64,000 bases of DNA from contig JACPZD010000024.1 of assembly GCA_016195665.1 (NCBI GenBank), positions 99,130-163,129 on the forward strand, in the 5' to 3' direction. Of this stretch, positions 22,853 to 34,896 are shown one piece after another (position 1 is the stretch's first letter; each line of letters begins with the position of its first letter). The notes beneath the pieces are model-generated. The model did no database searches, was not told the DNA's origin, and saw only the letters and a list, made by a program, of their open reading frames with translations. The DNA comes from Gammaproteobacteria bacterium (GTDB taxonomy: Bacteria; Pseudomonadota; Gammaproteobacteria; SURF-13). The translations under genes were made by a program, and so were the position numbers.

Positions 22853-23086
22853 TCACCCACCCGTCACCGGCGGGAAAAACGCCACCTCATCGCCGTCATG
22901 TACCGCCTGCGAAAATGATCCATACTCCTGGTTGACGGCCGCCAGCAGATTGGGGGGTACGGGCTGAGCGCCACTCACGCGCCGCCAGACATCCGCCACG
23001 GTGAGCGCCTCATCGGCCGTGAGCGTTTCCTCCGCACGTCCCATGCGCTCGCGCAGACTGGCGAAATACTTTACTCTAATGGCCAT
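22853..23086 (-). CDS. moaD: molybdopterin synthase sulfur carrier subunit
   Basis: About 77 aa ending in the obligatory C-terminal GG (…FFPPVTGG). Confidence 0.75.
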   Translation of the reverse strand: MAIRVKYFASLRERMGRAEETLTADEALTVADVWRRVSGAQPVPPNLLAAVNQEYGSFSQAVHDGDEVAFFPPVTGG

Positions 23087-23111
23087 TGTCAAAGTTTACC
23101 ACTTACATGAT

Positions 23112-23585
23112 ATGAGCAAATTGACTCACCTCAACCAAGCCGGCGAGGCGCACATGGTGGACGTGGGCGACAAGCCCGCCACCCGCCGCCGGGCGCGTGC
23201 CGAGGGCCGCATCCGCATGAAACCTGAAACACTGGCCCTCATTCGTGAGGGCGGTCACGGCAAGGGCGATGTACTGGCCGTGGCCCGCATCGGCGCGATC
23301 ATGGCCGCCAAGAAGACAGCGGAACTGATTCCGCTGTGTCATCCGCTGCCGCTTAGCAGGGTCGAGGTCGAGTTTGAGCTTAGGCCCGATGAGCAGGCGG
23401 TGTATTGCCGTGCCACCGTCGAGGCCACCGCTCAGACCGGCATGGAAATGGAGGCGCTCACCGCGGTCCAGATCGGCTTGCTTACTGTTTACGACATGTG
23501 TAAATCGGTGGATCGCGGTATGACCCTGGAGTGCATCCGCCTGCTGGAAAAGTCCGGCGGCCGCTCCGGGGAGTGGCGTGGGTAG
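23112..23585 (+). CDS. moaC: cyclic pyranopterin monophosphate synthase
   Basis: Starts [21 protein letters not shown]...; [21 protein letters not shown] motif. The listed ORF 23001 has a 37-aa spurious extension. Confidence 0.9.
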   Translation: MSKLTHLNQAGEAHMVDVGDKPATRRRARAEGRIRMKPETLALIREGGHGKGDVLAVARIGAIMAAKKTAELIPLCHPLPLSRVEVEFELRPDEQAVYCRATVEATAQTGMEMEALTAVQIGLLTVYDMCKSVDRGMTLECIRLLEKSGGRSGEWRG

Positions 23586-23586
23586 A

Positions 23587-25719
23587 CTAACCGGGGTTAA
23601 TCTCCGCCGTTATTCCCGTGACGGCCAGGATCCCCACACGCCAAGGCGAGTCCTTCAGCCAGGCGGCAAACTCCACCGGCGCCAGGGCCTGGCTGATGTA
23701 ATAGCCCTGCGCCATATCACAGCCCAGATCGTTCAGCATCTCCCAGGCCTCTTGCCGTTCGACGCCCTCGGCGACCACTCGCAGGCCTAGATTGTGGGCG
23801 AGGTCTATGGTGGAGCGCACGATCACCTCATCATTTTTGTCGGTAGACATGTGCATGACGAATGATTTATCAATCTTGATGGTATCAACCGGGAGCTTTT
23901 TGAGATACGACAACGAGGAGTAGCCCGTGCCGAAGTCGTCTATGGCGAGTCGCACGCCCATGGCGTCGAGTCGCGTCAAAATATTAAGGGCGCGCACCGG
24001 GTCGGTCATGATCGCGCTCTCGGTGATCTCCAGCTCCAGCCAACCGGCCGGCACGCTCCAGTTTTCCAGCATCCGGGCGATATTTTCGGCAAGCTGCGGT
24101 TCGGGCAGGTTGCGCGCCGAGAGATTGACGGCCACGCCGAGATCGAGACCGGCCTCACGCCAGCTCGCGCACTGGCGCAGCGCGGTATTGAGACCCCACT
24201 GCGTCAGGGGCTTGATCAACCCGGTGCGCTCCGCGAGAGGGATAAACTTGTCCGGCATGATGAGCCCATGTCGCGGATGACGCCAGCGCGCCAGGGCCTC
24301 GGCACTCACTAGACAGCCGCTCTTGAGATCTATCTTGGGCTGATAGTACAGTGCAAGCTGCTGGTTCTCGATGGCGTGACCGAATTCGCCGGTCAGGGCG
24401 AGCTGCGCCATGCTGTGCTGATCGTGCTCGCTGTCGTAGATGGCATAGCCCGTATTGGCGCGCTTGGCCACGTACATCGCCACATCGGCGCGCCGCACCA
24501 GGGTGGTGCCGTCGGCGCCGTGAGCGGGAAACAGTGCGATGCCGATGCTGCCGCCTATATCCAGGATATGCCCCTGGATGGGGAAGGGCGACTTGAGGGC
24601 GTCCAGTATTTTGCGCGCGGCCAGGACGGCCTTTTCGGCGTCCGCCGACGGCAATAACACGGCGAACTCATCGCCGCCCAGGCGGGCCACGGTATCGGAT
24701 TTGCGCAGGATATCTTGCAGGCGCAGCGCGACCTGTTGCAGCAACAAGTCGCCCATATGATGGCCCAGGGTATCGTTGACCTCTTTGAAACCGTCGAGAT
24801 CCATGATGAGCAGGGCGAGTGAGCGCGCCTGACGCTTGGCGCTCAGGATGGCCTGCTGCAAGCGGTCCTCAATCAGGGCGCGGTTGGGCAGATCGGTCAG
24901 CACATCGTGCAGGGCCTGATGTTCCAGCAGCAGCCTGCCCTCCTGCAGGCGCAGATTGTCGGCCTCGATCTTGCGCGCCATCTGATCGAAGGCCTGGCCG
25001 ATGCGGGCCAGTTCATCGTTGCCGCTGAGCCCGGTCTGGGCGCTGAGATCGCCGGCGGCGAGGCGCTCGGTGGCCGTCACCACCTTCGCCACCCGGCGCG
25101 TCAGCGTAAAATGGAATATCAAGGCGAGCAGGCCGGACAGGACCATAAGTATCAAGGTGGATTTCAAGGCTTCACCCTCGACACTGCGTAGCGCGGCGAG
25201 TTTGCTCGCGCCGAGGTCATTGAGGATGAACAGGACCCCGACGCGGTTGGGGCGCAGGTCGCCCTGCCGGGCGCCGAGCAGGATAGGGTAGTAGCCCATC
25301 AATGAATTGCGGTCGTCGGACAACAGCACCGCGCCGGTGAGCGTCTGCTTGGCCTCGGCGATGAGCCTGGTATTGATAGCCGGGAAGACCTCTTGCATCG
25401 TCCGCCCTACCCAGTCCGTGCGGGTGGCGTACAGGATACGGTCTTGGTCGTCGCTCAGGAAGGCGTAACGCAGATCGGGATCGGAACCCATCGGGGTGAT
25501 CTCCAATTGCACCCCGGCCTGATCTCCTGTTGCCAACAGGTGTTCTAATTCACGCTGTAGACCTGTCATCTCCTGCACCAGCTGCAGGCGCGCCGCATCT
25601 TCGAGCTTGACCATCTCGGCGTTGGTGTCGTGGCTCAGGGTATACATGCCCCAGACCACCGCAAACAGCAGCAGCAAGAGCGGGATGATGAAGCGCAGTG
25701 AAAAGAGCACCGGACTCAT
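23587..25719 (-). CDS. membrane sensor with periplasmic domain-HAMP-GGDEF-EAL
   Basis: 710 aa; two TM segments bracketing a roughly 160-aa periplasmic region, HAMP, RLGGDEFAVLL, LELEITESAIM / DDFGTGYSSLSYL. Confidence 0.9.
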   Translation of the reverse strand: MSPVLFSLRFIIPLLLLLFAVVWGMYTLSHDTNAEMVKLEDAARLQLVQEMTGLQRELEHLLATGDQAGVQLEITPMGSDPDLRYAFLSDDQDRILYATRTDWVGRTMQEVFPAINTRLIAEAKQTLTGAVLLSDDRNSLMGYYPILLGARQGDLRPNRVGVLFILNDLGASKLAALRSVEGEALKSTLILMVLSGLLALIFHFTLTRRVAKVVTATERLAAGDLSAQTGLSGNDELARIGQAFDQMARKIEADNLRLQEGRLLLEHQALHDVLTDLPNRALIEDRLQQAILSAKRQARSLALLIMDLDGFKEVNDTLGHHMGDLLLQQVALRLQDILRKSDTVARLGGDEFAVLLPSADAEKAVLAARKILDALKSPFPIQGHILDIGGSIGIALFPAHGADGTTLVRRADVAMYVAKRANTGYAIYDSEHDQHSMAQLALTGEFGHAIENQQLALYYQPKIDLKSGCLVSAEALARWRHPRHGLIMPDKFIPLAERTGLIKPLTQWGLNTALRQCASWREAGLDLGVAVNLSARNLPEPQLAENIARMLENWSVPAGWLELEITESAIMTDPVRALNILTRLDAMGVRLAIDDFGTGYSSLSYLKKLPVDTIKIDKSFVMHMSTDKNDEVIVRSTIDLAHNLGLRVVAEGVERQEAWEMLNDLGCDMAQGYYISQALAPVEFAAWLKDSPWRVGILAVTGITAEINPG

Positions 25720-26675
25720 GGCGGGCTGTCCGGCAGATAGCGGGCTGTGAACAGGGGCGGCAGCGCGACGGGCTTATCCAAGAGATTTTGTTCGAGCAGA
25801 GTCTGCATCAGTTTTTGGGCGGGCGCCAACAGGTCCGGAGGGGTGCGGCCGAGCAGCTTGCGGTTTTCCTCAATACCGGGAATGCGCAGACCATTAAACA
25901 AGAGGCCGACCTCCGCAGTGTTAACGGCGAGTCGCTTGGTCATGCGTTGGCTGCTGTTGTTGGGGTGTTCTTTCATATACTCCAGGCTGCTGAACCAGTT
26001 CGCTATTAAACGCCGCACCTGCTGGGGGTGTTTATCTATATAGTCCTGCCGCACCACCAGGACGTCTACGATCTCTCCCGGTATTTGACTGCTGTCAAAC
26101 AGTTGCCGGGCGCCTTGCGCCAGCAGACGGGTACGGACCGGCTCCATGGTCACCAAGGCGTCCACCCGGCGATCTTTGAAGGCCTGTTCTTGCCCAGAGA
26201 CCGGCATAGATACGACGGTTATCTCATTGTGGCTGAGCCCTGCGAATTGCAGCGCCCGGGCCAGCACATAGCCCCCCAGCGCGCTGCTCTCGGCGCCGAC
26301 GCGCCGCCCCTTGATAGCCCTTAATTCTTTGATCTCGGGCCTGGCCAGGACGACGTCGGCGCCGTGAGAGATATCCATCACCAGCACCACGCGCGCAGCG
26401 GCGCCGTATTGCAACAGAGACAGCGCCTCATCCAGGGTCAGGGCTGCTGCCTCGATCGCGCCGTTACGAAAGGCGCGTGAGACCTCGGTCGCCGAGGTGT
26501 ACTCCACCAGCCTTACCGGCGTGGCGTCGAAATAACCCAAGTCCCTGGCGAGATAAAGCGGTTCGTAACCGGGCCAGACATTGGTGCCGATACGCAGCGG
26601 CGGCTCAGGCTCGGGGGTACACCCGAGGAGCACAAATAACAAAACCGCCCAACCCCGCCACATCCGTGCCTGCAT
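25716..26675 (-). CDS. periplasmic substrate-binding protein (NMT1/NitT-TauT-like SBP), translationally coupled to the downstream GGDEF-EAL sensor
   Basis: 319 aa with a lipoprotein-like signal (LLFVLLGCTPE); SBP-fold similarity. 4-nt overlap with the 23587..25719 gene. Confidence 0.75.
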   Translation of the reverse strand: MQARMWRGWAVLLFVLLGCTPEPEPPLRIGTNVWPGYEPLYLARDLGYFDATPVRLVEYTSATEVSRAFRNGAIEAAALTLDEALSLLQYGAAARVVLVMDISHGADVVLARPEIKELRAIKGRRVGAESSALGGYVLARALQFAGLSHNEITVVSMPVSGQEQAFKDRRVDALVTMEPVRTRLLAQGARQLFDSSQIPGEIVDVLVVRQDYIDKHPQQVRRLIANWFSSLEYMKEHPNNSSQRMTKRLAVNTAEVGLLFNGLRIPGIEENRKLLGRTPPDLLAPAQKLMQTLLEQNLLDKPVALPPLFTARYLPDSPP

Positions 26676-26891
26676 GAGCCACCCTCGGGTTAGCTATAAA
26701 GTACAGGAGGTGCTGCGTACTAAGAAAAATACGCGCAAACATTGTACCTTTTTGCATATATCGTCAACTATCGGATTTTCTTGAGCGAATCGGCCCTGGC
26801 CCATGGCCAGCCAAGGCGGATACTGATAGATTATAAAGTCTCGCAGCTATCGCAGGTCACATTGCGCAGCTACGTGACGACTGATAAAAAA

Positions 26892-26966
26892 CTCACCGCT
26901 GAGAACGCAGAGGTGTTTGGGGTGTCTTGAAATAACACATCTCCTCTGTGTCCTCAGCGGTAAAGT
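26892..26966. repeat. family-B palindromic element (ACCGC.GAGGACGC.GAGG ... CCTC.GCGTCCTC.GCGGT)
   Basis: CTCACCGCTGAGAACGCAGAGGTGTTTGGGGTGTCTTGAAATAACACATCTCCTCTGTGTCCTCAGCGGTAAAG; upstream of the CDF transporter. Shares the internal GAGGTGTTTGGGG...TGAAATAAC core with the 46330 copy. Confidence 0.8.
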
Positions 26967-26990
26967 CTTTTCACCCGCGGACATCATACT

Positions 26991-27941
26991 ATGCATAGCC
27001 ACGATCATTATGCAGCAATGGAAAAACCGGTGGTTGCGGGAACAGACCATCATGGCCACTCCCATGCGCGCGGCGAGGGGAACCGCCGGTTGCTGGGTTA
27101 TGCGTTCATAGTCACGCTGCTGTTTGCCGCCGTAGAGGGCGTGAGCGGCTGGTGGGCGGGTTCGCTGGCCTTGCTGGGTGACGCCGGCCACATGGTGAGC
27201 GACGCCAGCGCCTTGGCGCTGGCCCTGCTCGCGGCCTGGGTGGCGCGCAGCCCTGTGTCGGCGCGCCATTCTTACGGCTTGGGCCGGGCCGAGGTGGTGG
27301 TGGCTTTGTTTAATGGCTTACTGATGCTGGCCATCGTCGCGGGCATCGTGGTGTCGGCGATTGAGCGTCTGCGCGCCCCTACTCCGGTCATGGCCGGCGC
27401 CGTCATCGTGGTGGCGGCCTTGGGTCTGCTGGTCAATCTGGCGGTGGCTGTTCTGCTCAGCCGCGGCGAGCAGACCCTTAATCTGCGCGCCGCGTTGCTG
27501 CACGTGATGGCGGATCTGCTCGGCTCGGTCGCCGCGCTTGCCTCGGGCGTGGTGATTTATCTCACCGGCTGGGCCGCCATAGACCCTATCCTGTCCCTGT
27601 TCATCTGCGTATTGATTCTCTACTCCAGCATCCACCTGCTGCGCGAGGCGCTGCACGTCATCATGGAAGGCGTGCCGCCGGGTCTGGACTTACCGGAGAT
27701 CGGCTGCGCGCTTGCGACGGTTAAAGGTGTGCGTTCGGTGCATGACCTGCACATCTGGACGCTGTCTTCGGGCATGGTCGCGCTTTCAGCCCACATCATG
27801 GTGAGCGACCTCGCGCACTGGGAGGAAACATTGGCCGGACTGCGCACGCTGCTGCACGACCGTTACGGCATCGAACACGTCACCCTGCAGCCGGAGCCGA
27901 CGACGCATATCTTGAGGCCGTTGAAATACCCGCAAATGTAA
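26991..27941 (+). CDS. cation diffusion facilitator family divalent metal efflux transporter (CzcD-like)
   Basis: 316 aa; His-rich N-terminus, six TM segments, conserved HxxxD motifs (LGDAGHMVSD, LHVMADLLGS), C-terminal cytoplasmic domain. Confidence 0.9.
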   Translation: MHSHDHYAAMEKPVVAGTDHHGHSHARGEGNRRLLGYAFIVTLLFAAVEGVSGWWAGSLALLGDAGHMVSDASALALALLAAWVARSPVSARHSYGLGRAEVVVALFNGLLMLAIVAGIVVSAIERLRAPTPVMAGAVIVVAALGLLVNLAVAVLLSRGEQTLNLRAALLHVMADLLGSVAALASGVVIYLTGWAAIDPILSLFICVLILYSSIHLLREALHVIMEGVPPGLDLPEIGCALATVKGVRSVHDLHIWTLSSGMVALSAHIMVSDLAHWEETLAGLRTLLHDRYGIEHVTLQPEPTTHILRPLKYPQM

Positions 27942-27944
27942 TTT

Positions 27945-28062
27945 ATCGCAGAGGACGCAGAGAGGAACGCAAGCAAAAATACACAAACCGCGGAGGACGC
28001 GGAGAAATAAGGTCAAAAAGATTCAGCTTTCCCCCCGCGTCCTCCGCGGTGACGATTTTAAT
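27945..28062. repeat. family-B element, compound/duplicated copy
   Basis: …CGCAGAGGACGCAGAGAGGAACGC…ACCGCGGAGGACGCGGAGAAATAAGG…CCCGCGTCCTCCGCGGTGACG; between the CDF gene and typA. Confidence 0.75.
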
Positions 28063-28067
28063 GCGGT

Positions 28068-29900
<1,833 letters not shown>

Positions 29901-29983
29901 ACTTAGCAAAACCAAACATTATACACTGCAATAGTTACCGGACGCCACCATGTTGATATATGGACATATTCAAGCCGTAAGCC

Positions 29984-31012
29984 CTACCCCCCGAGCAGCG
30001 CCCCGATTGAATAAGCCGCCACCCCCGCCCCGCCGCCGATCAGCACCATCCGCAAACCGCCCCACAGGGCCTGTCTCCCGGTGAACAGGCTGAGAGTCGC
30101 TCCCACGGCGAACAAACTGACGGCCGCAAGTCCTGCGCTCACGGAAACCGCTGCGCTCAGGTGCAGTAAAAACGGCAGCAAAGGGATTACGGCGCCGATA
30201 CCAAAGGAGAAAAAGGAGTAAAACGCGGCGCCCCAGGCCGAGCCGAGGTCGTCGGGGTTGAGGCCCAGCTCCTCGCGCGCCAGGCTGGCGAGGGCGTGCT
30301 CTGGGTTGCGGATAATGTCTTGCGCGAAGCTGCGCGCCTGCTCCATGTCCGCCCCGCGCGCGTGGTATATGAGCGCAAGCTCCTCGGCCTCTTCGTCCGG
30401 GTACTGTTCCAGTTCCTCGCGCTCCAGGCCGATCTGGTATTCGTACATCTCCCGCTGGGATCGCATGGAAATATATTCGCCTGCGGCCATGGAAAGCGCG
30501 CCGGCGAGGAGTCCGGCCACACCCGACAACAGGATGAGCTTGGGATCGCTGATCGCCCCGGCCACCCCGAGGATGAGACTGGTATTGGAGACCAGCCCGT
30601 CGTTCACGCCGAATACGGCGGCGCGCAGATTGCCGCCGCTCCCCGCTCCCTTGTGGCGATGGCCGAAGTCCTGCACCGAGGTGGGCATGACATGTCCTAC
30701 GGCTCCAGGAGCCCCTGCATACACAGAGAGGCCGCGAATCTTGATAGCGGCCAGCACCGGCCGGATGGCGCGCGGGCCAAGCGTGCGGATCAGACTCGCA
30801 ACCACTCTTGTCCGCAGCGACGGATGAAACTCATGGGGTGGCGCGCCGCCGTGCCGCGTTATCTGCTCCGCCCAGATGCCCGCCTGCGCCCCGGCCGCCT
30901 CGCCTAACCGCTTGAACAGCCTGCCCTTGACGGGGTCAGCCTCCACCTCCGCCAATACCCGGTAGAGATAGGCCGACTGCATTTCCTCAGTCCAATTTTC
31001 GAGTGCTGACAT
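29984..31012 (-). CDS. VIT1/CCC1 family iron/manganese transporter with N-terminal erythrin-like domain
   Basis: 342 aa; soluble N-terminal domain then a five-TM VIT core (GVNDGLVSNTSLILGVAG ... AAGEYISM). Confidence 0.8.
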   Translation of the reverse strand: MSALENWTEEMQSAYLYRVLAEVEADPVKGRLFKRLGEAAGAQAGIWAEQITRHGGAPPHEFHPSLRTRVVASLIRTLGPRAIRPVLAAIKIRGLSVYAGAPGAVGHVMPTSVQDFGHRHKGAGSGGNLRAAVFGVNDGLVSNTSLILGVAGAISDPKLILLSGVAGLLAGALSMAAGEYISMRSQREMYEYQIGLEREELEQYPDEEAEELALIYHARGADMEQARSFAQDIIRNPEHALASLAREELGLNPDDLGSAWGAAFYSFFSFGIGAVIPLLPFLLHLSAAVSVSAGLAAVSLFAVGATLSLFTGRQALWGGLRMVLIGGGAGVAAYSIGALLGG

Positions 31013-31107
31013 GATTGCTCTCTCCCCCTGGCAAATCAGACCGATTGCGCAAGATCTATGGTCGTGGACGTTGGCGCAAACGTAAAGGTGAGGCTATGAT
31101 ACGACTA

Positions 31108-31144
31108 TTAGGGAACCTCTGACTTAATCAGAGGTTCCCTAAAT
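31108..31144. repeat. family-E perfect palindrome GGGAACCTCTGA.TTAATCAGAGGTTCCC
   Basis: TTAGGGAACCTCTGACTTAATCAGAGGTTCCCTAAAT in the VIT-xseB spacer. Confidence 0.8.
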
Positions 31145-31204
31145 ATAAAAAAGCATACACCGCAAAGGCGTAGAGAGATACGATCTTCTGTATTGACTTC
31201 TCCT

Positions 31205-31232
31205 CTGCGTCCTCAGCGGTAAACTGTATTTA
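31205..31232. repeat. family-B half-element (CTCCTCTGCGTCCTCAGCGGTAAA)
   Basis: Only one arm is present, in the VIT-xseB spacer. Confidence 0.5.
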
Positions 31233-31255
31233 TGGAAGAATCCGAGAGCGTCACC

Positions 31256-31516
31256 ATGCCGAAAAAAGCCAGTCTCGATTTTGAACACGCCCTCAAGGAA
31301 CTGGAGGCGCTGGTAACGCGCATGGAGAAAGGCGACATCAGCCTGGAGGATTCGCTGAAACATTTCGAACGCGGTATCGAGCTGACCCGCGCCTGTCAAA
31401 CGGCCCTGAAAGAGGCCGAACAGAAGGTGCAGATCTTGATGGAAAAAGACGGCGCGCTTGAGGCCCAACCCTTCGACAGTGCTCAGGACAGGCCCTTCGA
31501 GAACCAAGAGGAATAG
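31256..31516 (+). CDS. xseB: exodeoxyribonuclease VII small subunit
   Basis: [48 protein letters not shown] parallels E. coli XseB. Confidence 0.85.
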   Translation: MPKKASLDFEHALKELEALVTRMEKGDISLEDSLKHFERGIELTRACQTALKEAEQKVQILMEKDGALEAQPFDSAQDRPFENQEE

Positions 31517-31521
31517 CTCTG

Positions 31522-32451
31522 GTGCCTCGGCATGTCCATCCCGTTAACCTGCCGTCCAATGATGCCCTCGACAGCCTGCTGAACAGTTATCAGCACAGGG
31601 TCGAACAGGCCCTGGAGCAACGGCTGCCGGCTGTGCAGCGGCGCCCTGCCGCGCTCCATCAGGCCATGCGCTATGCCGTGCTGGGCGGCGGTAAACACCT
31701 TCGGCCCATCTTGGTCTATGCCTCCGGCGCGTGCCTGGGTGCGGAATTGGAAAGCCTGGACGCGCCCGCCTGCGCGGTCGAGATGATCCACGCCTATTCG
31801 CTGGTGCATGATGATCTCCCCGCCATGGACAACGACGACCTGCGCCGCGGCAAGCCCACCTGCCACAAGGTGTTTGGCGAGGCGACGGCTATCCTCGCGG
31901 GCAACGCGCTGCTCACGCTTGCCTTTCAGATCCTCGCGCAAGCCCCGACCTTGACGGTGAGCGCCGCCACCCGTCTCAAGATGATTGGGATCCTGGCCGA
32001 GGCGTGCGGATCACACGGTCTCGCTGGCGGTCAGGAAATGGATCTCGCGGCGGTGGGTAAGACTCTGTCGCTCGCCGAGCTGGAACACATGCACCACCAC
32101 AAGACCGGCGCCTTGATCCGCGCCAGCGTGCTGTTGGGCGCCTGGTGCGCGGCCGAGTTTGATAGCGCCCTGCTGGAGCGGCTCGACCGCTACGCGCAGG
32201 CCACCGGCCTCGCGTTTCAGATCCGCGACGACATCCTCGACGAAGAGGGCGACACCGCCACCCTCGGCAAGACTCAGGGCGCGGATCGCGCCCGCAACAA
32301 GCCCACCTACCCCGCGATCGTCGGCATGGCCGAGGCCAAGCGCATGGCCGATGAGCAGCGTGACATTGCGCTCGCCTCAATCAAAGATCTTGATCCCCGC
32401 GCCGACTCCTTGCGCTGGATCGCGGATTATATTGTAGAGCGCCGCAGCTAG
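31522..32451 (+). CDS. ispA: farnesyl-diphosphate synthase; GTG start as listed
   Basis: FARM LVHDDLPAMDNDDLRRGKPT and SARM FQIRDDILD motifs; xseB-ispA-dxs synteny. Confidence 0.9.
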   Translation: MPRHVHPVNLPSNDALDSLLNSYQHRVEQALEQRLPAVQRRPAALHQAMRYAVLGGGKHLRPILVYASGACLGAELESLDAPACAVEMIHAYSLVHDDLPAMDNDDLRRGKPTCHKVFGEATAILAGNALLTLAFQILAQAPTLTVSAATRLKMIGILAEACGSHGLAGGQEMDLAAVGKTLSLAELEHMHHHKTGALIRASVLLGAWCAAEFDSALLERLDRYAQATGLAFQIRDDILDEEGDTATLGKTQGADRARNKPTYPAIVGMAEAKRMADEQRDIALASIKDLDPRADSLRWIADYIVERRS

Positions 32452-32538
32452 ATCCTCGTTCCTTCCCCCGCAAGCGCCCGCTTGCAAAACCCGCGGCGAC
32501 CCTCCATCATCAACAATTTATCTCATTGAAACCGCCTC

Positions 32539-34431
32539 ATGACCGATCCGTTACTCCCCCGCATCCATAGCCCGCACGATCTGCGCACATTGAGCGAGGC
32601 GGAGCTGGTCGCGCTTGCCGCCGAGCTGCGCGCGTTTCTGATTGAATCCGTGGGGCGCACGGGCGGCCATCTCGCGGCGGGCCTGGGGACGGTCGAGTTG
32701 GCGATTGCCTTGCACTACGTCTACGACACGCCGCGGGATCTGCTGGTCTGGGATACCGGTCATCAGAGTTATCCGCACAAGATCCTCACCGGCCGGCGTG
32801 AGGCGATGGCGAAGCTCAGGCAAAAAGGCGGGATCGCGGGCTTTCCCAGCCGCGGCGAAAGCCCTTACGACACCTTCGGCGTAGGTCATGCGGGCACCTC
32901 TATCAGCGCGGCGCTGGGCATGACGATGGCTGCCAAGACGCGGGGCGAGGACGAGCACAAAATCGTCGCGGTGATAGGCGACGGCGCGCTCACCGCGGGC
33001 ATGGCCTTCGAGGCCTTGAACCATGCCGGCGATCTCGGCGCCAATCTGCTGGTGATCCTCAACGACAACGACATGTCCATCTCGCAGAACGTGGGCGGCA
33101 TGTCCAACTATCTGGCGCGCGTATTGTCGGGCCGGTTTTACGCCTCGGTGCGCGAGGGCGGCAAGAAGGTGCTCGCGGGCATGCCTCACATCGAAGAGCT
33201 GGCGCGCCGCGCCGAGGAGCACATGAAGGGCATGGTCACGCCGGGCACCCTGTTCGAAGAGCTGGGTTTCAATTACATCGGCCCGATCGACGGCCATGAT
33301 CTGCACAGCCTCATTAAGACCCTGCGCAATCTGCGCTCGCTCAAGGGTCCTCAGTTTCTGCACGTGGCCACCCGGAAGGGCAAGGGCTATTCGCCCGCCG
33401 AGGCGGACCCGTGCGGCTATCATGGCGTCACCGCCTTTGATCCCGAGAGCGGCGAGCCGCTCTCCGGGCCGGGCGGCAAGCCAAGCTATACGCAGGTATT
33501 CGGCGACTGGCTGTGCGACATGGCGGCGTGCGATGAACGCCTCGTCGGCATCACGCCCGCCATGTGCGAGGGTTCCGGGCTGGTGGAATTCGCCAAGCGT
33601 CACCCCCAGCGCTATTTCGATGTGGGCATCGCCGAGCAGCATGCCGTGACCTTTGCCGCCGGTCTCGCCTGCGCGGGCTTAAAACCGGTCGTGGCGATCT
33701 ACTCGACCTTCCTGCAGCGCGCCTACGACCAGCTCATCCACGACGTCGCCTTGCAGAATCTCCCCGTGCTGTTCGCTATAGACCGCGCCGGACTGGTCGG
33801 TCCCGACGGCCCCACCCACGCGGGCAGTTTTGATCTTTCCTATCTGCGCTGCATCCCCAATATGCTCATCATGGCGCCCAGCGACGAAAACGAATGCCGC
33901 CAGATGCTCTATACCGGGTTTTTGCACGACGGCCCCGCGGCGGTGCGTTATCCGCGCGGCGCGGGTCCGGGCGCCGCCGTACAGGCCGCCATGCAGGCGT
34001 TGCCCATCGGCAAGGCGGAGGTGCGCCGGCAGGGTAAGCGGCTGGCGCTGCTGGCCTTTGGCGGCATGTTGAAGCCGGCCCTGGATGCCGCCGAACAACT
34101 GGATGCGACGGTGGTCAATATGCGCTTTGTGAAGCCTTTGGACGAAGCCTTGCTAACCGAGATCGCCGGTCGTTATGAGCTGCTGGTCACTGTTGAAGAA
34201 AACGCGGTGGTGGGCGGTGCGGGCAGCGCGGTGAATGAATGCCTGATAAGTCAAGGACATAGCACGCCCCTCCTGCACCTCGGCCTGCCTGATACCTTTA
34301 TCGAACAGGGCGCCCGCGCGGAATTGCTCGCGGGCTGCGGCTTGGACGCTGAGGGCATCATTCGGGCGATTGATGCCCGTTATGAGACAGAACCACAGGC
34401 TTTCCCGGCGGTCAAAACCATAGTAAAATAG
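32539..34431 (+). CDS. dxs: 1-deoxy-D-xylulose-5-phosphate synthase
   Basis: 630 aa; TPP-binding [15 protein letters not shown], transketolase-like domains. Confidence 0.97.
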   Translation: MTDPLLPRIHSPHDLRTLSEAELVALAAELRAFLIESVGRTGGHLAAGLGTVELAIALHYVYDTPRDLLVWDTGHQSYPHKILTGRREAMAKLRQKGGIAGFPSRGESPYDTFGVGHAGTSISAALGMTMAAKTRGEDEHKIVAVIGDGALTAGMAFEALNHAGDLGANLLVILNDNDMSISQNVGGMSNYLARVLSGRFYASVREGGKKVLAGMPHIEELARRAEEHMKGMVTPGTLFEELGFNYIGPIDGHDLHSLIKTLRNLRSLKGPQFLHVATRKGKGYSPAEADPCGYHGVTAFDPESGEPLSGPGGKPSYTQVFGDWLCDMAACDERLVGITPAMCEGSGLVEFAKRHPQRYFDVGIAEQHAVTFAAGLACAGLKPVVAIYSTFLQRAYDQLIHDVALQNLPVLFAIDRAGLVGPDGPTHAGSFDLSYLRCIPNMLIMAPSDENECRQMLYTGFLHDGPAAVRYPRGAGPGAAVQAAMQALPIGKAEVRRQGKRLALLAFGGMLKPALDAAEQLDATVVNMRFVKPLDEALLTEIAGRYELLVTVEENAVVGGAGSAVNECLISQGHSTPLLHLGLPDTFIEQGARAELLAGCGLDAEGIIRAIDARYETEPQAFPAVKTIVK

Positions 34432-34440
34432 TCAACAATT

Positions 34441-34896
34441 ATGGCCGCCCTGTACACCCTCAAGATTCTGACCGATTTCGCCAGCGCCCACACCCTGCGT
34501 GACTACCCCGGCGACTGCAGCCGCATGCACGGCCACAACTGGAAGGTGGAGGTCGAGGTCATCGCGCGGCACTTGGATGAGGTGGGCATGGGCTTGGATT
34601 TCAAGGTCATCAAAGAGGCGACCCGCGCACTCGCCCAACGGCTCGACCATCACTATTTGAACGACATCGAGCCGTTTGACAAGGTCAATCCGACCGCGGA
34701 AAACATAGCCGCCTATTTTTATCAGGGTCTGTCGCAGCGTCTCAATAATCCGCGCGTGCGGGTGAGCGCCGTCACGCTGTGGGAGACGGATCGCGCCTGC
34801 GTGCGTTACAGCGACGAGGCGGTCGAAGGGGAACCTCTGATTAAATCAGAGGTTCCCGCGATACAGGGATGTATTGCCATTACTCAATCGCATTAA
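34441..34896 (+). CDS. queD: 6-carboxy-5,6,7,8-tetrahydropterin synthase with a roughly 25-aa C-terminal extension encoded by a palindromic repeat
   Basis: Core CSRMHGHNWKVEVEV... and WETDRACVRY match QueD/PTPS. The tail EGEPLIKSEVPAIQGCIAITQSH is translated from a family-E palindrome (34838..34866) and the hairpin that follows. Confidence 0.85.
   Translation: MAALYTLKILTDFASAHTLRDYPGDCSRMHGHNWKVEVEVIARHLDEVGMGLDFKVIKEATRALAQRLDHHYLNDIEPFDKVNPTAENIAAYFYQGLSQRLNNPRVRVSAVTLWETDRACVRYSDEAVEGEPLIKSEVPAIQGCIAITQSH
34838..34866. repeat. family-E palindrome embedded in the 3' end of queD
   Basis: GAACCTCTGATTAAATCAGAGGTTCCC, translated in frame as ...EGEPLIKSEVPA... in the QueD tail. Confidence 0.8.
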
